64,000 bases of DNA. It comes from Amoebophrya sp. A120. Lineage: Eukaryota; Protista; Dinoflagellata. Below the pieces are notes generated by a model that was not told the origin of the DNA, made no database searches, and worked only from the letters and a program-made list of their open reading frames with translations. The position numbers were made by a program, and so were the translations under genes. Position 1 is the first letter of the stretch; every line of letters begins with the position of its first letter. Of the stretch, positions 60,001 through 63,000 are shown piece by piece. The stretch covers positions 1,802,281 to 1,866,280 of the forward strand of contig CAJINV010000013.1 of assembly GCA_905178155.1 (NCBI GenBank), in the 5' to 3' direction.

Positions 60001-63000
60001 GCAGCTTCTCGCTGCGCGGCCGGGCCCAGCTCGGCTCGCGTATGAGCATTCTGAACTGCGTTAGCCTCGGCTCGGCGCTCTCCATCCGCCAGTACAGCCG
60101 CCTCGGCAGCGGACTGTCGGTCAAGGGTTCGGGCAACATGAGTGGCAAGCTCTCCGCTCTGCAGTGCGCAAACCTCGGGTCTGCGCTGTCCGTCCGCGCT
60201 GCGACCAGACTCGGTAGTCGCGCGTCCGTGCTCGACATGCTGATGCTTGGGTCCACGCTCTCCGTCCGCGGCGTGACCAGACTCGGGTCCGCGGTCTCCG
60301 CCGCCGGCAGCGGTCGCGTCGGCCAGAGCTTCTCCACCTTGCAGTGGTCGGCCGTCGGCTCCGCGATTTCCGTCCGCGGTACCAGCCGACTGGGAAGTAG
60401 ACTGTCGGTCTTCGACGTGTTTAACCTGGGCTCCACACTCTCCGTCCGCGCCTTCATCCGGTGCGGCAGCACGGTGAGTGTGGCGGGCCGCACAGCCATT
60501 GGCTCGTGCCTGCAGCTTTCCGTGGTCAACGCGATCCACATCGGGTCCACACTGTCGCTCCGCGCGAACATGAAGTTCGGCAGCGCCATGTCGGTTCTCG
60601 GCGTCACCAACGCCAGCAACAAGCTCAGCGTGCTGAACTGCGGCAACCTCGGCAGCGCGCTCTCCATCCGGGGAGTAAGCCGCTGCGGTTCGCGCGTTTC
60701 CGTGTTCGACTGCCTGCGACTCGGCAGCACCGTCAGCATTCGGTCCTTCACCCGGTGTGGTTCCTGCCTCTCTGTGCACGGTGCGGTGGCGATCTCCAGT
60801 CTGAACAAAGCGTCCATCGTGCAGTGGGCGCACCTCGGCTCGTCGCTCTCCGTCCGCGGGGTCGCGCGCCTCGGCAGCCGAGCAAGTGTGCTGGATTGCC
60901 TGAACCTCGGCTCATCGCTGTCCGTCCGCACCATGGCCCGCCTGGGCTCGAACGTGAGTTGCGTCAGCAATACGAAGGTCGGCGGGAAACTGTCTGTGCT
61001 GAACTTCTCGCACCTGGCCAGCTCCTGCTCGGTCCGCGCCATGGCGAGACTCGGGTCCCGCGCGTCCGTGCTGGACATGCTGAACCTCGGTTCCACCGTG
61101 TCCCTCCGGTCCTTCATCCGACTGGGTAGCAGTCTGTCGCTGGCCGGCGACACCGAGTTCGGCAGCCGTGTCAGTTTGTTCGAGCAGATCCACCTCGGGT
61201 CGTCTCTGTCCATCCGCGCGTCTATCCGGTGCGGCAGCCGGGCGTCCGTGCTTGACTGCTTCCAGATCGGCAGTGCCATCAGTGTCCGCTCCACGTCCAG
61301 AATCGGCAGCAGGGCCTCCGTGTTGAACTTCTTCCAGCTCGGGTCCGCTCTGTCCGTCCGGGCGATGATTAGGACCGGCAGTGGTATTTCCGTCCACAAC
61401 ACGCCCGTCGCCGGTCACAAACTCTCCCTGCTCAACGAAGTGCAGCTCGGGTCCACGCTCTCCGTCCGGTCCTTCATCCGCGCGGGCAGCAGCATCTCCG
61501 TGTTGGACGCCATCATGTGCTCGTCGAGCATCAGTCTCCGCGCGTCCGGCCGGTTCGGCAGCTACGCCTCGATCATGACGTTCTGCCAGGTCGGCAGCTC
61601 GCTGTCCGTCCGCAGCTTCTGTCAGATCGGTAGCTCGATGTCGGCGATTGGCTCCGGCCGCGTCGGCGGCAACTGCTCAATCTTGTCCTTCGTCAGGCTT
61701 GGCAGCTCGCTGTCCACCCGGTCCACCGCCAGGTTTGGCAGCAGGATGTCCGTCATGGATTGCTTGGCGCTGGGCAGCAGCGTGTCCCTGCGCGGGTTCA
61801 GCCGCGTCGGCCTTGGCTGCAGCGTGAAGGGCCTGCTCGCCTGCGGGTCCGCGCACGCCACCAGCGTGATCGGCTTCTTCAACCTCGCAAGTTCCCTGTC
61901 CGTCCGCGGTGTCACGAGGACCGGATCCAGGTGCAGCGTGCTGGACTTCTTGACGCTCGGCAGCTCCGTTTCCATCCGCAACTTCGCCCGCATCGGCTCG
62001 GGCGTCAGCGTCGGCGGCAAGGGCACCTTCCAGGGATCCTTTTCCTGCATCAGCCACGCGCAACTCGGCTCGGCGTTGTCCATCCGCGCGACCGCGCGGG
62101 TCGGCAGCCGGATGTCCGTGCTTGACATGCTCGGTCTGGGGTCCACCGTGTCCACGCGAACCATGGCTCGCTTCGGCTCCGGCCTGTCGGTCGTTAACGC
62201 CGCGAAGATTGGCGGCAAATTGAGCGTTCTGAACTTCACCGGTTGCGGTTCCGCGTTGTCCGTCCGAGGGTATGCGAAGTTCGGCAGCAAGGCATCCGTT
62301 GTGGACTTCGTGGCGCTCGGTAGCAGCATCTCGGTTCGCAGCTTCATGCGGGCGGGATCCAGCGTTTCCGCGTTCGGATCCACGCACGTCGCGCAAGGCA
62401 GAATGAGCGTGCAGAAGTTGTGCAACATCGGATCTGCACTTTCCGTCCGCGGTGCCATGCGGTTGGGCAGCCGTGCGTCCGTTTTGGATACGCTCGCGCT
62501 CGGCTCGTCCATCTCGGTCCGAGCCTTCAGTCGGTGCGGCAGCAGCGTGTCTGCCGTCGGCCTCGTCCGGGTCGGCAGCCTGCACATGGCGTCGGTGATT
62601 GGCGTCACGCACCTCGGGTCCAGCCTGTCCGTCCGCGGGGTCACCAGGTTCGGCTCCAAGATATCCGTGTTCGACTTCCTGCAGCTCGGCTCGTCCGTCT
62701 CGGTCCGACAGTTCGCGCGGTTCGCCAGCAGCGTGTCTGTCGCCGGACCCAGAGTGCGCGCCGCGGGCATGGCGTCCGTGCTCGACTTCTCGGTGCTGTC
62801 GAGTAGCATTTCCGTCCGGTCGTTCGGTCGACTGGGCGGGAAAGTCTCCGTCCTGGACATGGTTAGCCTCGGCTCCTCGCTCTCGGTGCGCACTTACTGC
62901 AGGATTGGGTCCAGCTGCAGCGTCATGTCCCACGTCCCGGGTGTGGGTGGAAGACTGTCTGTGCTCGAGCAGGCGACGCTGGGCTCCATGCTGTCCGTCC

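Noticed and set aside
59762-61402. Minus-strand ORFs with protein-like 'TDRLEPSRANER' repeats throughout the window
   Set aside because: Offset shadow of the + frame-3 repeat; it is interrupted wherever a pyrimidine-ending codon precedes Tyr (e.g. gac tac) or T precedes His/Gln, whereas frame +3 is never interrupted.
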